Assembly: GCA_050250895.1 (NCBI GenBank)
Contig: JBFWNU010000001.1
Coordinates: 3,379,557 to 3,443,556 of the forward strand
DNA length: 64,000 bases
Direction of reading: 5' to 3'
From: Vulcanimicrobiota bacterium
GTDB lineage: Bacteria > Vulcanimicrobiota > Xenobia > Xenobiales > JADMJV01
Below, one piece after another: positions 45,177 through 57,900 of the stretch; position 1 is the first letter of the stretch, and each line of letters opens with the position of its first letter. The notes beneath the pieces were generated by a model. The model was given only the letters and a program-made list of their open reading frames with translations, had not been told where the DNA came from and did not search any database. The position numbers and the translations under genes were made by a program.

Positions 45177-47485
45177 TCAGAGGTCCATCGGCAAAACAAC
45201 CCGGACGGTGGTGCCCCGGCCGGCCTCGGAAAGCACTCGGATTTCGCCCAGGTGCCGGCGGACGATACCCAGCGCTTCGGAAAGCCCCATCCCTCGCCCC
45301 AGGCATTTGGTGCTGTAGAAGGGCTCGAACATGCGAGACTTCTGCTCCTGGGTCATGCCTTTGCCCGTGTCGGAAACCTCCAGGTAGGCGCGCGGCTTCT
45401 CGCCGCTCAGGACTCCCACGCTCAGCGTGACTTTGCCGGCCTCGGGAGGAAGTGCCTCGACGGCATTCCCTACCAGGTTGCGGATCAGGATCTTCATCAG
45501 GGCGGGGTCGCCCCAAACCTCGGCCTCAGGTTGCTCGAAACGCATTTCCAGGCTGGAAGTCCCCACCATGGCTCGCAACTCGGGCTCCAACGAGCGTAGC
45601 AGCTGACCCAGGCTCTGTCGCCTGGGCAGAAAGGCGCCCTCGCCCGAATAGGACAGCATCTTTTGGCATAGTTCACCGGCCCGGCGGGCGGCCGTTTCGA
45701 TCTCGGCGAACTGCTCCTGGCTCGGGTCGTGAGGGTCGGCTTGGGCCGCCAGGAGATCGACGTAACCACTTGAAGCCAATTGTTGAAATCATGGGCCACC
45801 CCCGCCGAGAGTCTCCCCAGTCCTTCATGGCGGCGTGCGGTCTCTAGCTCGGCCCGCAACTGAGCCGCCTTGCGTTCGCTCTCGCGCTGGCTGGTCACGT
45901 CGCTAATCACGACCCTCAGACGCGCGTCTCCCGGCTCGGGACGACTCTCGAATCGGGCCAGGAATGGTCCTCGGTTTCCGCCCCGCATGCGAACCTCGCA
46001 AGTCGACACCTCGCCGACAGCCAGGCGCGCGAGTTCACGGGCGTCCGCCTCCACTGCCAGAGTTGCCAATCTCACCCCGGCCAGCTCTCGGCGTTGGATT
46101 CCCAGTAGCCAGGTGGCCGTCAAGTTGGCCGAACGAACTCTCCCGGCTTGATCCAGGGTCAGATAGCCCACCGGGGCGTGTTCGTAGAGGTCGCGGTAGT
46201 TGTCGCGACTGGCCTCGAGCTCCCGTTGGGCTCGTTGAAGCTCTTCGTTCTGCAGCTCGAGTTCGAGGTGGTGAACCTGGAGTTCGTGCAGCAGATGAGC
46301 CACTCGGTCGGGGGTCAACTCGGCCAGTTCGGCTTGTTCGGCGGAGTTGGGTGGGCGGGTCTCGAGCAGGTGCAGGGCGCGGTCGCGCAGGCGCGAGAAG
46401 ACGCGAGGCAACACCTCGCCGAGCAGCCGCGCCTGTTCGGCACTGGGGCTCGAGTCCTGAGGACGTTCGAGCGGGATGACCACGGTCACGGTGGTGCCTT
46501 CCCCCGGGCTCGTCTCGAGCTTGCAGTGCCCCCCAAAGAGTTCCGCCCTTTCCCTGATCGAATCGAGTCCCACCCCGTTTCCGTCGGGCCGGGCCGACTC
46601 GTGCTGGGAGCCCCGTCCCTGGTCGCTGACGCTGAGCCACACCTTCTGATCGGCCTCCGCCAGTGTCACTCTGGCAGAGGCCGAGCCAGAGTGTCTCACG
46701 ACATTGCTGAGGGCTTCTTGAACGATTCTAATCAGGTTGCTCTGCAGAAGCGGGGCCACCCGATCGACCAGGGTCGGCTCGAGCTCAAGCCGCACCTCGA
46801 GGTCGGTTTCGTTGCGCACCCGTTCGATGACCCGCTCGAGAGCTGGCAATAGACCGGTCTCTTCCAGCCCGCTCGGGCGCAGTTGGTCGACCAATTTTCG
46901 CCCCTCGGCCACGGCTTCGTCGAGGGCGCCCGTGACTACCTCAAACAGCGAGCCAGTCTTCGGGTCAAGGTTTTGTCCGAGCTTCTCGAGGGTGAGCCTG
47001 GCTCCGATGATCTGCTGGAGCAGACCGTCGTGAAGTTCTCGGGCAACATGGATTCGCTCGGCTTCCTGAGCCTCGAGCAGACCGCTGGCAACCCCCTTCA
47101 GCCTTTCTTTGGCCACCTCGAGGGCCTTGCGTTCCCGCATTTCGCGGCGCAGATCGTGGAGTATCAGAGTATGGCAGGATAGGTTCGCGGATGACCACAA
47201 GGCCAGCTGGCACTCCACCGGGAGGGCGAGACCATCGGCCCCTACCAGCCAGGCCAGATGACTCGTCGAGGGTTCGGGAGACAGCGCTTGAAGCCACTCG
47301 CTCAGATCGGACCAACTCGAGGCCAGCCACTCGTCCGGTCGGGTGGGTAGCCGTCCGGCCACCCCCAACCACTTGAGCACGGCAGCACTGGCTCTAAGAA
47401 CGCGGCCGTCTCCATCGATGGTCAGAATGGCCACGGAGGTCGAATTGAAAAAATCGCTCGGCGAGCGGTCCAAACCTGGCTGCAT
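45177..47485 (-). pseudogene. Double histidine kinase (PAS-HisKA_3-HATPase-PAS-HisKA-HATPase), frameshifted near 45767
   Basis: ARELHDG..EALSNVVRH..GLDSIRER, then AHDFNN. The second HATPase (NAVEA, DTGKGM, FEPFYSTK, GMGL) is in another frame. Confidence 0.82.
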
Positions 47486-47767
47486 GTCACCCCCGGCCAG
47501 GCGCAAAATGGCGACCCTCGCGGGACCGCCGCGGCTCACACCTGGACACGGCCAACTTCGTTTGTCGATATCGTTCACCTGTCGAATGGGTCCGAAAAGC
47601 ATTTTGGGCCCGCTCTGGTTGGCTTGAAGGCATCTGGAGGAAGGCGGCTAATTACCTCCTCGGGGGGGTTTACGCTACGGTGTGTCCGACGCCATCGGCG
47701 ACGGCGAAGTGGACCCTTCAAGACGTTTCGACCGTGTCGGTTGGTGCGGTGTTGAGGAGTTGCTTTA

Positions 47768-48820
47768 ATGAATGTCACGAGCGCTAAGATCCTGGTCGTC
47801 GACGATGACTCGGGGGTCGTTCGGCTGGTAACCAAAGTGCTGCACCAGCAAGGCTACAGCCAGGTCCACGGCACTACCGAGGCCACCGAGGTGATCGACA
47901 TCTGCCGGGACTTCCAACCAGATCTGTTATTGCTCGATCTGAACATGCCGGGCCTGAGCGGGTTGGAGATTTTGGAGTTGTTACAGGGCGAGACCTACGA
48001 CTTCGAGCCTGTCTCGGTCATCGTGCTAACCGGCGAGCGAGCCCGCGAGGCGCGAATCGAGGCCCTGCGTCTGGGGGCCCGAGATTACATCGTCAAGCCG
48101 TTTGATTTCGAGGTGGTGGCCCGCATCAAGAATCTGCTGGAACGCCACCTGCTGAGCAAAGAGGTTTATTTCCACAATCGGGAGTTAGAAGAAAAGGTGC
48201 GTCTGCGCACCGCCGACCTCGAGAACGCCCAGCTCGAGACGGTGAAGCGCCTGGGCATCGCGGCCGAGTATCGAGACGATGATACGGGCGTGCACGTGAC
48301 CCGGATGAGTTCCTACGTGGGGCGATTGGCACGGGCCCTGGGCGAGCCTGAGCGCGGGTCCGACCTGATCCAGTGGGCGGCCAAGTTGCACGACATCGGC
48401 AAAATCGCTATTCCTGACGCCATTCTCTTGAAGCCCGGCAAGTTGACCTTCGAAGAATTCGAGCAGATGAAGCAACACACGGTCATCGGGGCCAGAATCT
48501 TGTCAGGGGCCCAATCGGAATTGTTGCAAATGGCCGAAGTCATCGCCTTGAGTCATCACGAGAAGTGGGACGGGAGCGGTTATCCAGAGGGGCTGGCCGG
48601 AGACGCTATACCCAGGGTGGCGCGCATGGTGGCGGTGTGCGACGTGTTTGACGCGCTGACTTCGTCGCGGCCCTACAAGAAGGCCTGGACGGTGGAGGCT
48701 GCCCTGGAAGAGATTCGGCGCGGTCGGGGTCAGCATTTCGACCCCGAGCTGGTGGACGTTTTTTTGGAGAATTTCGAAGCGATCGTGGGCCGCGAAGGGA
48801 GCGCCCTGGGTGAACGGTGA
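47768..48820 (+). CDS. Response regulator with HD-GYP phosphodiesterase (RpfG-like)
   Basis: LLDLNMP; LHDIGK; [11 protein letters not shown]. Confidence 0.95.
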   Translation: MNVTSAKILVVDDDSGVVRLVTKVLHQQGYSQVHGTTEATEVIDICRDFQPDLLLLDLNMPGLSGLEILELLQGETYDFEPVSVIVLTGERAREARIEALRLGARDYIVKPFDFEVVARIKNLLERHLLSKEVYFHNRELEEKVRLRTADLENAQLETVKRLGIAAEYRDDDTGVHVTRMSSYVGRLARALGEPERGSDLIQWAAKLHDIGKIAIPDAILLKPGKLTFEEFEQMKQHTVIGARILSGAQSELLQMAEVIALSHHEKWDGSGYPEGLAGDAIPRVARMVAVCDVFDALTSSRPYKKAWTVEAALEEIRRGRGQHFDPELVDVFLENFEAIVGREGSALGER

Positions 48821-49460
48821 CCTGATGGACGACGCGCTGGTGGCCCGGGCGGGTACGGTTTTATTCCCTTTCTTTCGAGCCCTGGCCCACGACATGGCGG
48901 GGCCGCTCACCATCACCCTGGGCACCGTGCAACTCTCGCTTCGCTTGTTGCCAAAGGGGGCAGAATGGCGCGAGGACTTTCAGGAGATCGAGTCGGCCAC
49001 CGAGAAGCTTCGAGACTTCACGGGCAACCTGAGCCGCCTGTCACGCTATTTGCCCGAAGAGCGGCAGGACTCGGCTCAGGAACTGGTCGACGACCTGGAA
49101 TACCTGACCACTTCGGTGGCTCGACGCAGTGGCGTGCCTTTTGATTTCGTTCGCCGTGGCCAGACCCGACCTTTCTCGGTGAAAGGCAACCCCTGGCTGT
49201 TGAGGGCAGGGTGCCTCGCTTTGCTCGGCAGCGCGGTCGGCCAGAGCGGCGCCCGGGTCGAGTGCGACTGCACTGACCATCAGCTCACTTTGAGGCTGGT
49301 CGGGGCTCAACACAGCGACGCCGGCTTGCCGCGTCCGGATCAGGCCGGCTGCTTTAGCCTGGGGGTCGAGTTGCTCGAGAGCCAGGGGGCGAAGATTGCG
49401 ACCGCCGGAGGCTGTCCCGAGATCACGCTGGTGGCAGCCGAAGACCCGTCTGATGGCTAA
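48810..49460 (+). CDS. Degenerate histidine kinase / phosphotransferase-like protein
   Basis: H-box [10 protein letters not shown]; ATP-binding N/G boxes are eroded. Confidence 0.6.
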   Translation: MNGDLMDDALVARAGTVLFPFFRALAHDMAGPLTITLGTVQLSLRLLPKGAEWREDFQEIESATEKLRDFTGNLSRLSRYLPEERQDSAQELVDDLEYLTTSVARRSGVPFDFVRRGQTRPFSVKGNPWLLRAGCLALLGSAVGQSGARVECDCTDHQLTLRLVGAQHSDAGLPRPDQAGCFSLGVELLESQGAKIATAGGCPEITLVAAEDPSDG

Positions 49461-52011
49461 CCCCTCTGAGGATAAAGACCTCCAAGCACGCTACCACCGG
49501 GCTACCCGGCTGTGCCAATTGCTGCAAGCTCAGAAGCGCATCGGTAAGCTCGTGCTCCAGCGCCGGAATCGGAAGGCTCTTTTGCAGGAGGCTTGCCAAA
49601 CTCTGGTCACAGAAGGCGGCTTTCTGCTGGCCTGGGGCGCCCTGTGGGACGGACAGAGTAAGACCCCCACCTATGTGGCCACTTCTCGAACAGACCAGGA
49701 TTTCTTGGTCAAGGTGCAGGCCGGTCGTTTCCCTCAATGCGTGAGGACATGCATGCAGCAAGGGGGAGTGACCAGGGTCAGCCAGCCTGACCAGTGCCCG
49801 GATTGTGTCTGCGGGTGCAGCCGGGCAGAAGGCGCGGTGCTGTGTCTGCGGCTCGAATATGGCAAGCAACTCATCGGCTTTCTCTCGGTCTGGCTCGATC
49901 CCGGCCTCCTGGCTGCGGAGGTAGAGGCCTTGTTGCAGGAAACGGTCGATGACCTGTCCCTGGCCCTCCATGAGCTGGACCCTCAGCCGGGCGAGGGGGG
50001 CCTTCACCTTCGTTACGCCCGTATGCGGCTGGCCCTGATCGAGTTCGCGGCGGAACACAATCTGCAAGATCTGTTGACACGGGTGCTCGACGAGGTGGGG
50101 GCCTCGGTGCGCAGTCCTCTGGGTTTCTTTCACTTCGTGGCCGAGGACCAGAACAGTCTTACCATGCAGCAATGGTCTACCTCGACCCGGGAGGGGTTGT
50201 GCCACGCCGATGCCGAGGCCAAACATTACCCCATCGACGAAGCAGGTCTCTGGGCTGATTGTGTCCGTACCGGCAGGACGATGGTCTACAACGACTACGA
50301 CGCACTCCCGCACAGGAAAGGACTGCCTGAAGGGCACGCCGAGTTGACCCGGCTTTTGCTGGCGCCGGTCCTGCGCGGCAATCTCGTGGTGGCCATCCTC
50401 GGCTTTGGCAACAAGCCAGAAGAATACACCGAGCGCGACGTCGAACTGGTCTCGTTTTTTGCCGACGTCACCTGGGAGATCGTGCGCCAAAAGCGCACCC
50501 ATCTGGAGCAAGAGCGTTTGCTGCGAGCCGTCGAGCAGGTGGACGAAATGGTCGTGATTACCGACGACCAGGGGATTATCGAGTATGTCAACCCCGCTTT
50601 CGAGCGGGTTACCGGCTATTCTCGTGCCGAGGCGATAGGTCAGAACCCACGCCTCTTGCAGAGCGGCGAGCACGACCCGGCCTTCTATCAGGAACTGTGG
50701 AGCACGATCACGGCCGGTCGCACTTTTTGTAGCCGCATGATCAACCGCAAGAAGGATGGCACTCGCTTTACCGAGGAGGCGACCATTTCGCCGGTGCGGG
50801 ACCGGGCCGGCAAGATCACCAACTATGTGGCCGTCAAGCGCGACATCTCGGCCCGGTTGGCTTTGGAAGATCAGCTTCGACAATCGTTGAAGATGGAGTC
50901 GGTGGGGCGGTTGGCCGGTGGGGTGGCCCATGATTTCAACAATGGCCTCAACGTCATCCTGGGCCATGCTGAACTCGCCCTCGCTTCCCTGTCGCCCGAG
51001 GATCCGCTCTATGCGGAGTTAAGCGAGATTCGCAAAGCGGCCATTCGTTCGGCTGGCCTCACCCGTCAACTCCTGGCCTTCGCCCGGCGTCAGTCCGTGG
51101 CCCCGGAGGTGCTCGACCTCAACCACGCCCTGGAGGACCTGCTCAATATGCTGCGCCGTCTCATGGGAGAAAATATCGAACTCCTGTGGCGAGCCGGCCC
51201 TGACCTGTGGCACGTGCATCTGGACCCTGCGCAGCTGTATCAGGTGCTGGTGAATCTGTGTGTCAATTCACGCGACGCCATTGCCGAGCACGGTAGGGTC
51301 ACGATCGAGACCGGGAACGTAGTCTTGGACGAAGCCTACTGTTCAACTCACCGAGGGGCCCGACCGGGCGAGTTCGTCTGTTTGACGGTCAGCGACGACG
51401 GCTGTGGCATGGACGAGCAGACTCGCGCTAAGGTGTTCGAACCGTTCTTTACCACCAAGCCGCTGGGGAGTGGCACGGGCCTGGGGCTGGCGACCGTCTA
51501 TGGCATCGTCAAGCAGAACGAGGGCTTTGTCTTCGTCGACAGCGAGCCGGGCCATGGTACAACCTTTAGGCTTTACTTTCCGCGCCATCTCGGCGAGGGT
51601 CCCATCCAGCGGACCGACGCCAGCGCGCTCGAATTTCCCACCGGCAACGGCCAGACGATCCTGGTGGTGGAGGACGATGCGGCGATTCTCAAGTTGGCCC
51701 GCAGAATGCTAGGACACCTCGGATACAAAGTGTTGACCGCGTCCGGGCCTCTGCAGGCGCTGGAGTTGGCCGAGCAAGAGCCGGGCCCCATCGATTTGCT
51801 GCTCACCGATGTCATCTTGCCAGAGATGAACGGCCGGCAGCTAGCCGAGCGACTAGGTTCTCTTATGCCGGGACTTCGGCTGCTCTACATGTCGGGCTAC
51901 ACGGCCGACATCATCACCTCTCACGGGATCGTCGAGGAGGGGTTGCAGTTGTTGGGTAAACCGTTCTCGGTGGCAGAGCTGGCGGCCGCCGTCGGCAAAG
52001 CTCTGGGTTGA
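49453..52011 (+). CDS. Hybrid sensor kinase GAF-GAF-PAS-HisKA-HATPase-REC
   Basis: [36 protein letters not shown]. Confidence 0.95.
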   Translation: MANPSEDKDLQARYHRATRLCQLLQAQKRIGKLVLQRRNRKALLQEACQTLVTEGGFLLAWGALWDGQSKTPTYVATSRTDQDFLVKVQAGRFPQCVRTCMQQGGVTRVSQPDQCPDCVCGCSRAEGAVLCLRLEYGKQLIGFLSVWLDPGLLAAEVEALLQETVDDLSLALHELDPQPGEGGLHLRYARMRLALIEFAAEHNLQDLLTRVLDEVGASVRSPLGFFHFVAEDQNSLTMQQWSTSTREGLCHADAEAKHYPIDEAGLWADCVRTGRTMVYNDYDALPHRKGLPEGHAELTRLLLAPVLRGNLVVAILGFGNKPEEYTERDVELVSFFADVTWEIVRQKRTHLEQERLLRAVEQVDEMVVITDDQGIIEYVNPAFERVTGYSRAEAIGQNPRLLQSGEHDPAFYQELWSTITAGRTFCSRMINRKKDGTRFTEEATISPVRDRAGKITNYVAVKRDISARLALEDQLRQSLKMESVGRLAGGVAHDFNNGLNVILGHAELALASLSPEDPLYAELSEIRKAAIRSAGLTRQLLAFARRQSVAPEVLDLNHALEDLLNMLRRLMGENIELLWRAGPDLWHVHLDPAQLYQVLVNLCVNSRDAIAEHGRVTIETGNVVLDEAYCSTHRGARPGEFVCLTVSDDGCGMDEQTRAKVFEPFFTTKPLGSGTGLGLATVYGIVKQNEGFVFVDSEPGHGTTFRLYFPRHLGEGPIQRTDASALEFPTGNGQTILVVEDDAAILKLARRMLGHLGYKVLTASGPLQALELAEQEPGPIDLLLTDVILPEMNGRQLAERLGSLMPGLRLLYMSGYTADIITSHGIVEEGLQLLGKPFSVAELAAAVGKALG

Positions 52012-52056
52012 CCCGAGCACGAAGGTTATCGGCGGACCCTTTCCGTAACCAGGCAG

Positions 52057-54285
52057 GTGGACAGCTTCAACATTCTCCTGCTCGAAGACGATTTCGCCTT
52101 CCGCGAAGCGGTGACGGAGGAACTCACCGAAGCCGGCTACCATGTCACCCCGGTGGCCGGGGGCACCGAAGCGGTGGCCCGCATTGCCGAGATCAGTTAC
52201 GATCTCGTGATCGTGGATATCCGGATGAAGGGAATCGACGGTCTCGAGGCCCTGGCCCGCATGCGCGACCATCAGCAGGATCTGGCCTGCATCGTGATGA
52301 CCGGTTTCGCCGAGGAAGAGGCGGCTGTGCGAGCCGCCCGCCTGGGCGTGCGAGGATACCTTCGCAAGCCTTTCAAATTGCGGGAGTTGCTCGATTGCGT
52401 AGAGGGGGTCGTGCGGGGGCAACGTCGTCGTCGCAGCCAGGAGGAGGTCTATGAAGAGCTGGCCGAGTCGCTCAGATGGTCGGCTCGGGCCATTTCGAAG
52501 CTGAGCGGCAAGCCCGAACTCGAGCAGGCCGTCGAAGTGGCCGAAGCCCTGACCGGTCATCTGGGCTGGGATCCTTTGCGCTGTGCCCGGACCCAGCTGC
52601 TGGCTTCGGCGGCCGGGGCGGGGCTGAGCCCCCCTGCAACCCTGGCCGAGGCGGCTTTGAATCTACCAGAGCGCTGGGACGGGACCGGTCCGCGTGCGGT
52701 CCAGGGCGAGGCCATCCCCCTCGACGCTCGAGTGGTCTCGCTGGCGCTGGCCAAAGCCGCCGGCCAGCCGCCGGCCGGCCAGTGCGACCCGTACTTGCTG
52801 GATTCGCTGGAGCGTCTCTCTCCTCCCGAGGGGCGCCAGGCCTGGCGCCGGCGTCGTAAGCTGCTGGGTCTGGGTCAAACCCTACTGCAGATCGGCGAGC
52901 TGTCGGGCGCAGCCGTTGCCTTCGCCGAGATCGTCCGCGGGCAGCCCGAGGGGCCCGATGCGGTCACGGCCTATCTCGGTTGGTCGCGCTGCTGCCCGGG
53001 TCAAGAAGGCGAGCAGTTGCTCGAAAAGGCTCTCGAGTGTGCCCGCCGAGCGGGACCGCTGGTCCAGGCCCGCTGTTGCCTCGAAGTCGGGCTGCGGCTG
53101 CGCGAGGCCCAGCCCGACCGGGCCCGAGAACTGCTGCACCAGGCGCTCGATGGGCTGGGCGAGGGCTCCGAGCGAGAAGTGACCAGGTTAGCTTTGTGGC
53201 AACCTCCCGCACCGTTTCCAACTCACGAACTCAAACGCGTGCTGGGGCCGCGGACCGAGGCGGCCGCGGGTTGGATGCTGCCCCTGGTGGCCCAGGGCCT
53301 GAGCGAGGGCTATCTCGAGCGGGCCCTGGCGACGCGCTACTTTCTGGGTCATCCCGCCTCGATCATCGGGGCTCTGGAACGGGGCGTCCTCGACCCTCGC
53401 CAGCGGGCGGCGGTAGCGGGTTGCCTAACCCCTCAGGGCTGGCCTCATCGGCTGGTCGAACTGCTCAAGGACGATCCCGACCCTCAGGTCCGCAAAGCGG
53501 CCAACGGAAGTCTGGCCGCGGCCGTGGAAGGGCAGCTGCCGATTCTGCGCATTTACTCGCTGGGAGCCTTCGAGGTGCTGGTGGGCGAATCGCCCATCGG
53601 CGGCAAACAGTGGAAGGGCAACAAGAATCGCTACCTGTTAGCCCTGCTGGCCTCGCGCGAGGCGCCAGCCAGTGACGAGGTGCTCATCGACATCTTCTGG
53701 CCCGACTCTCACGAGACCGGCAAACGCGGTCTCTACAACGCCGTCTCGCTGTACCGGCGCATTCTCAAACCGGAAGGGTGGGAGGGTCCCACCGACTACA
53801 TCCAGCGAGACCTGACCGGCATCGGCCTCAATCCCGAGCGTGAGCACTGGCACGATCTCAGCGAATTGCGAGGCCTGCTGCGCGAACTCAAGGACGAGGT
53901 TCAGGCGGAACGGGCGGTGGTGCGCGGCCGCCAGGTGGTCGACCTCTATCGCGGTCCCTATCTTGATGGCTGCTACCTCGACTGGGCGATCCGCCAGCGC
54001 GATTCGCTCGAACTCGAGGTGATCGAGGGCTTGCTCACCGCCGCTGGCCTGGCTTCGGGGGCCGAGCTGTATCAAGAGGCGATGGAACTCAGTGGTCAGG
54101 TGTGCGAGTATGACAACTGCAACCAGCCTTCCCACTTGCTCTACATGGAATCTTGCCTATCCCTCGGTCGTCCCGAGCAGGCTCTGCGACGTTTCGGGGA
54201 CCTCGAGAAGGCCCTCTCGCGCGAGATGGGTATCGAGCCCTCGACCGACCTGTTGCGAGCCTACCACAAAGCTAAACTCCTTTAG
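52057..54285 (+). CDS. REC + TPR/HEAT + SARP-type (wHTH-BTAD) regulator
   Basis: N-terminal receiver; LRIYSLGAFEV, LYRGPYLDG, GIEPS BTAD motifs. Confidence 0.85.
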   Translation: MDSFNILLLEDDFAFREAVTEELTEAGYHVTPVAGGTEAVARIAEISYDLVIVDIRMKGIDGLEALARMRDHQQDLACIVMTGFAEEEAAVRAARLGVRGYLRKPFKLRELLDCVEGVVRGQRRRRSQEEVYEELAESLRWSARAISKLSGKPELEQAVEVAEALTGHLGWDPLRCARTQLLASAAGAGLSPPATLAEAALNLPERWDGTGPRAVQGEAIPLDARVVSLALAKAAGQPPAGQCDPYLLDSLERLSPPEGRQAWRRRRKLLGLGQTLLQIGELSGAAVAFAEIVRGQPEGPDAVTAYLGWSRCCPGQEGEQLLEKALECARRAGPLVQARCCLEVGLRLREAQPDRARELLHQALDGLGEGSEREVTRLALWQPPAPFPTHELKRVLGPRTEAAAGWMLPLVAQGLSEGYLERALATRYFLGHPASIIGALERGVLDPRQRAAVAGCLTPQGWPHRLVELLKDDPDPQVRKAANGSLAAAVEGQLPILRIYSLGAFEVLVGESPIGGKQWKGNKNRYLLALLASREAPASDEVLIDIFWPDSHETGKRGLYNAVSLYRRILKPEGWEGPTDYIQRDLTGIGLNPEREHWHDLSELRGLLRELKDEVQAERAVVRGRQVVDLYRGPYLDGCYLDWAIRQRDSLELEVIEGLLTAAGLASGAELYQEAMELSGQVCEYDNCNQPSHLLYMESCLSLGRPEQALRRFGDLEKALSREMGIEPSTDLLRAYHKAKLL

Positions 54286-54325
54286 GAGGCTTGCGGCCGA
54301 CCTGAGGAGGGCTTAGTATCAGACT

Positions 54326-54904
54326 ATGCTCGCCCATCGCGAAAGACGCTCCTTTTCCCCAGAGGAGTACCTGGCTTTAGAAGAGCGCAGCCAGACCCGC
54401 AGCGAGTACTATCAGGGCGACATCTACTCGATGACCGGCGGCTCGGTCGAGCATAACCAGATCGTCCGCAATCTCGCCGGGGCGCTGCTTCCCCAGCTCA
54501 AAGGGGGCGCGTGCCAGCTTTTTGTGTCAGACCTGAGGCTCTGGGTGGCTCAACACCAGTTGTTCACCTATCCCGACCTCTATGTCGTCTGTGGTGAACT
54601 ACCGCGCTTCGAGGGCCGTCGCGATACCCTGACCGACGCGACCCTTATTGTCGAGATTCTCTCACCATCGACCGAGGTCTATGACCGAGGCGAGAAGTTT
54701 CTCTTCTATCAGTCCTTGCCGTCCTTTCGAGAATACGTGTTGGTGGCCCAGGACCGCTCTCTGCTCGAACGCAGAACCCTGACCAGACCTGGCGAATGGC
54801 TTTCTTCCCAATTCACCGCTGCCGAGGATCGGGTCGAACTGGCCAGCGTCGGGGCTGACCTCGTGGTCGGGGACCTCTATCATCAGGTCGCCTTTCCCGG
54901 TTAG
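54326..54904 (+). CDS. Uma2 (DUF820) family endonuclease-like protein
   Basis: SPEEYL..RSEY..G, YPD, VEILSPST..YDRGEK..Y..LPS..EYVLV. Confidence 0.93.
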   Translation: MLAHRERRSFSPEEYLALEERSQTRSEYYQGDIYSMTGGSVEHNQIVRNLAGALLPQLKGGACQLFVSDLRLWVAQHQLFTYPDLYVVCGELPRFEGRRDTLTDATLIVEILSPSTEVYDRGEKFLFYQSLPSFREYVLVAQDRSLLERRTLTRPGEWLSSQFTAAEDRVELASVGADLVVGDLYHQVAFPG

Positions 54905-54950
54905 TCCGCGGTTCACGTTCTTTTCAGTGTCAACGGGTAGGCTGGTGAGC

Positions 54951-57900
54951 ATGAATGTGCAGCCATACCCTTCCGCCGGAGGGAAGAAGTCTTCTCGAAG
55001 AGCCGCCAAATCTTCGAAGTCACACCCCAAGAAGCCGTCGACCCCGCCCAAAAGCGACCCCGCTTCCAGGCCGACCTTCGCCGAGCCCAGCCTTTCGCCC
55101 GACGGCAAAGAGTTAGTCTTCGTCTCGGGCGGCGACATCTGGACTGCACCCAGCCAAGGCGGCGAGGCCCGGCTGCTGCTGTCGGACCCGGCCACCGAGT
55201 CGCGTCCGTTGTTCTCGCCTGACGGCCAGCAATTGGCCTTCGTGTCCAATCGCTCCGGCCACGCCAATGTCTATACGCTTGCGGTCGACACGGGTCAGGT
55301 GAAGCGGCTCACCTACTCTGACAGCAACGACAGCCTCGAGGCCTGGTCGCCCGACGGCAAGTATCTCTATTTCTCCAACGGCAGTCAGGATATCGAAGGT
55401 TGCCGTGACATCTTTCGCATCCCCAGCGGCGGCGGCACTCCGATGCCGGTCAGCGCCGACCGATTTACCGATGAATACTTTGCCGCCCCCTCGCCAACCG
55501 GCGAGGGACTGGCCTTCACCGGCCACGGCACTGGCACCCACCAGTGGTGGCGCAACGGCCACTCCAACCTGGACCGTTCGCAGATTTATCTGCACCAGGA
55601 TGGCGACTATCAGCAGTTGACCGACGGCGACTCCAAGGACATGTGGCCCATGTGGAGCCCCGACGGCCAGAACCTCTACTTCGTCTCTGACCGGAGCGGA
55701 ACCGAGAATATCTGGGTGCGCTCCATGGAGGACGACAACCCTCGCCAACTGACGCACTTTAACGCGGGGCGGGTGCTCTGGCCCAGCATCGCTTCTGACG
55801 GCAAGTCGATCGTGTTCGAACGCGATTCGAAGCTCTACTGCATGAACACCAAGAGCGGCCGCAGCCACGAGGTGCCCATCACTCGCCGCGGAGCCCCGGC
55901 CAGCGTCGCTCCCGAACGCCGGGACCTGAGCGGTGAACTCGATTCTTTCACCCTTTCCCCTGACGGCAAGAAGGTCGCTTTTCTAGCCCACGGCGAGGTT
56001 TTCGCCGCCCCGGCGGGCAAAGGCGGACCGATCCATCGGGTCACCGCTTCGGCCGCCGAAGAATTCGGTCTGGTGTGGTCTCCCGATAGCCAGAAGCTGG
56101 CTTATGTTTCCCAGCGCGACGGCGAGCGTCATCTTTATCTCTATGACTTCCTGACCAGCCACGAGACGCAACTGACCAGCGCCAAAGCGGGCGACGGCAA
56201 TGCTTGTTTTTCACCCGACGGCAAGAACCTGGCCTTCGTGCGCCAGGGCAAGACCCTGTGCAGCCTGAACCTGGCCAACGGCAAAGAAAAGGTGCTGGCC
56301 GAGGGTCTCTTCGGTCAACCGCCCTTTGATATGGGCCGGCCCATCGCCTGGTCGCCCGATAGCCGCTGGGTCGCCTATCGCAGCAGCGACGAGAACGCCT
56401 TCAACAACGCCTGGATCGTGCCCGCCAAAGGGGGCGAATCCCGCCAGGTGTCGTTCTTGCCCAACACCTTTGGCGACACCTTGAGTTGGAGCCCCAACGG
56501 CAAGTTCTTGCTGCTGGACTCGTCTCAACGAACCGAAAAAAGCGTCCTGACCCGGGTGGACCTGGTGGCTCCCCACGCCACCTTCGCCGAAGACGACTTT
56601 GCTGCTCTGTTCAAGCCCGAAGAGGCGGCCTCGAAAGAGCCGCTCACCGTCGAGATCGATTTTGCCGGCGTGCGCGAGCGCCAGCGCGTGGGCAATTTGC
56701 CCATCGATATTCAGAGCCAGACGATCAGTCCTGACGGCAAACTGGCTTTGCTGCACGGCCTCTCGGGTGGGCAATCCAATCTGTTCTTGCTGCCTCTGGA
56801 AGGCGACCACCGCGAACTGGTTCAGTTGACCAGCAGCCCCGGTTGGAAGCAAGACGCCCAGTTCTCGCCCGACCAAAAGCAGGTTTACTATCGCGAGAAT
56901 GGTGTCATCAAGACCGTCTCGGTCGAGGACCGCAGCACCCGCACACTCGATTTGTCGGCCACCATCGAAGTCGACTTCGCCAAGGAAAAGCAGGCTGCTT
57001 TCGAGCAGGCCTGGAGCTACCTGCGCGACCAGTTCTATGATCCCGGCATGCACGGGCTCGATTGGGAGGGCTTGCGCAACCACTATCAACCCCTCATCAC
57101 CGGGGCCGCCAATCCCGACGAGATGCGGCGCCAGCTGGCCTTGATGATGGGCGAGCTCAATGCTTCGCACCTGGGCGTGGGTGCCCCGGCTGGCGGTGGT
57201 CAGGTGGTGGGCCGCACCGGTCTTGATTTCGAGCGTGGCGAGTATGAAGATTCGGGTCGCTTCAAGGTCAGTGGCGTGCTGGCCGAGGGACCCGCCGGTC
57301 TGGCCGGCGTGAAGGTGGGCGATGTCCTCACCGCCGTCAACGGTGAGCCGCTCGAGGCGACCACCAACCTCGATCAGGTTCTATCCCATCAGGTGGGACG
57401 CAAGGTGGCCCTCACCCTCGAGTCGCAGGGCGACACCAAAGAGGTGGTGGTGGCTCCGGTCACGGCCGGCCAGGAGCGGAACTTGCGCTATCGCGAATGG
57501 GTCGATTCTAACCGGCAGAAGGTGGAGGAATTGAGCGGCGGGCGGCTGGGTTATGTCCACATCGCCGACATGTCCTCGGGCGCCCTCGAGCAACTCTATC
57601 AAGACCTCGACGCTACCAACCAGGCCCGCGAGGGAATCGTCATCGACGTTCGCAACAATAACGGCGGCTTCGTCAATGCCTATGCCCTCGACGTCTTTGC
57701 GCGCAAAGGCTATCTGAGCATGACCAACCGCGATACTCCCACCGCTCCGGCCCGGCGTCTGCTTGGCCAGCGCTCGCTAGAGCTGCCTACCATCCTGTTG
57801 ACCAATCGGCAGACGTTATCCGATGGCGAGGATTTCTCCGAAGGCTATCGGGCGCTCAAGCTGGGGAAAGTAGTGGGCGAGCCCACTTCGGGTTGGATCC

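Noticed and set aside
49423-50967. Long antisense ORFs (also 34790-36031, 18041-19180, 31757-32776)
   Set aside because: Shadow ORFs of well-supported genes in high-GC DNA, with no motifs.
54326-54904. Restriction or defence system
   Set aside because: A stand-alone Uma2/DUF820 gene is common, and no methylase or partner is adjacent.
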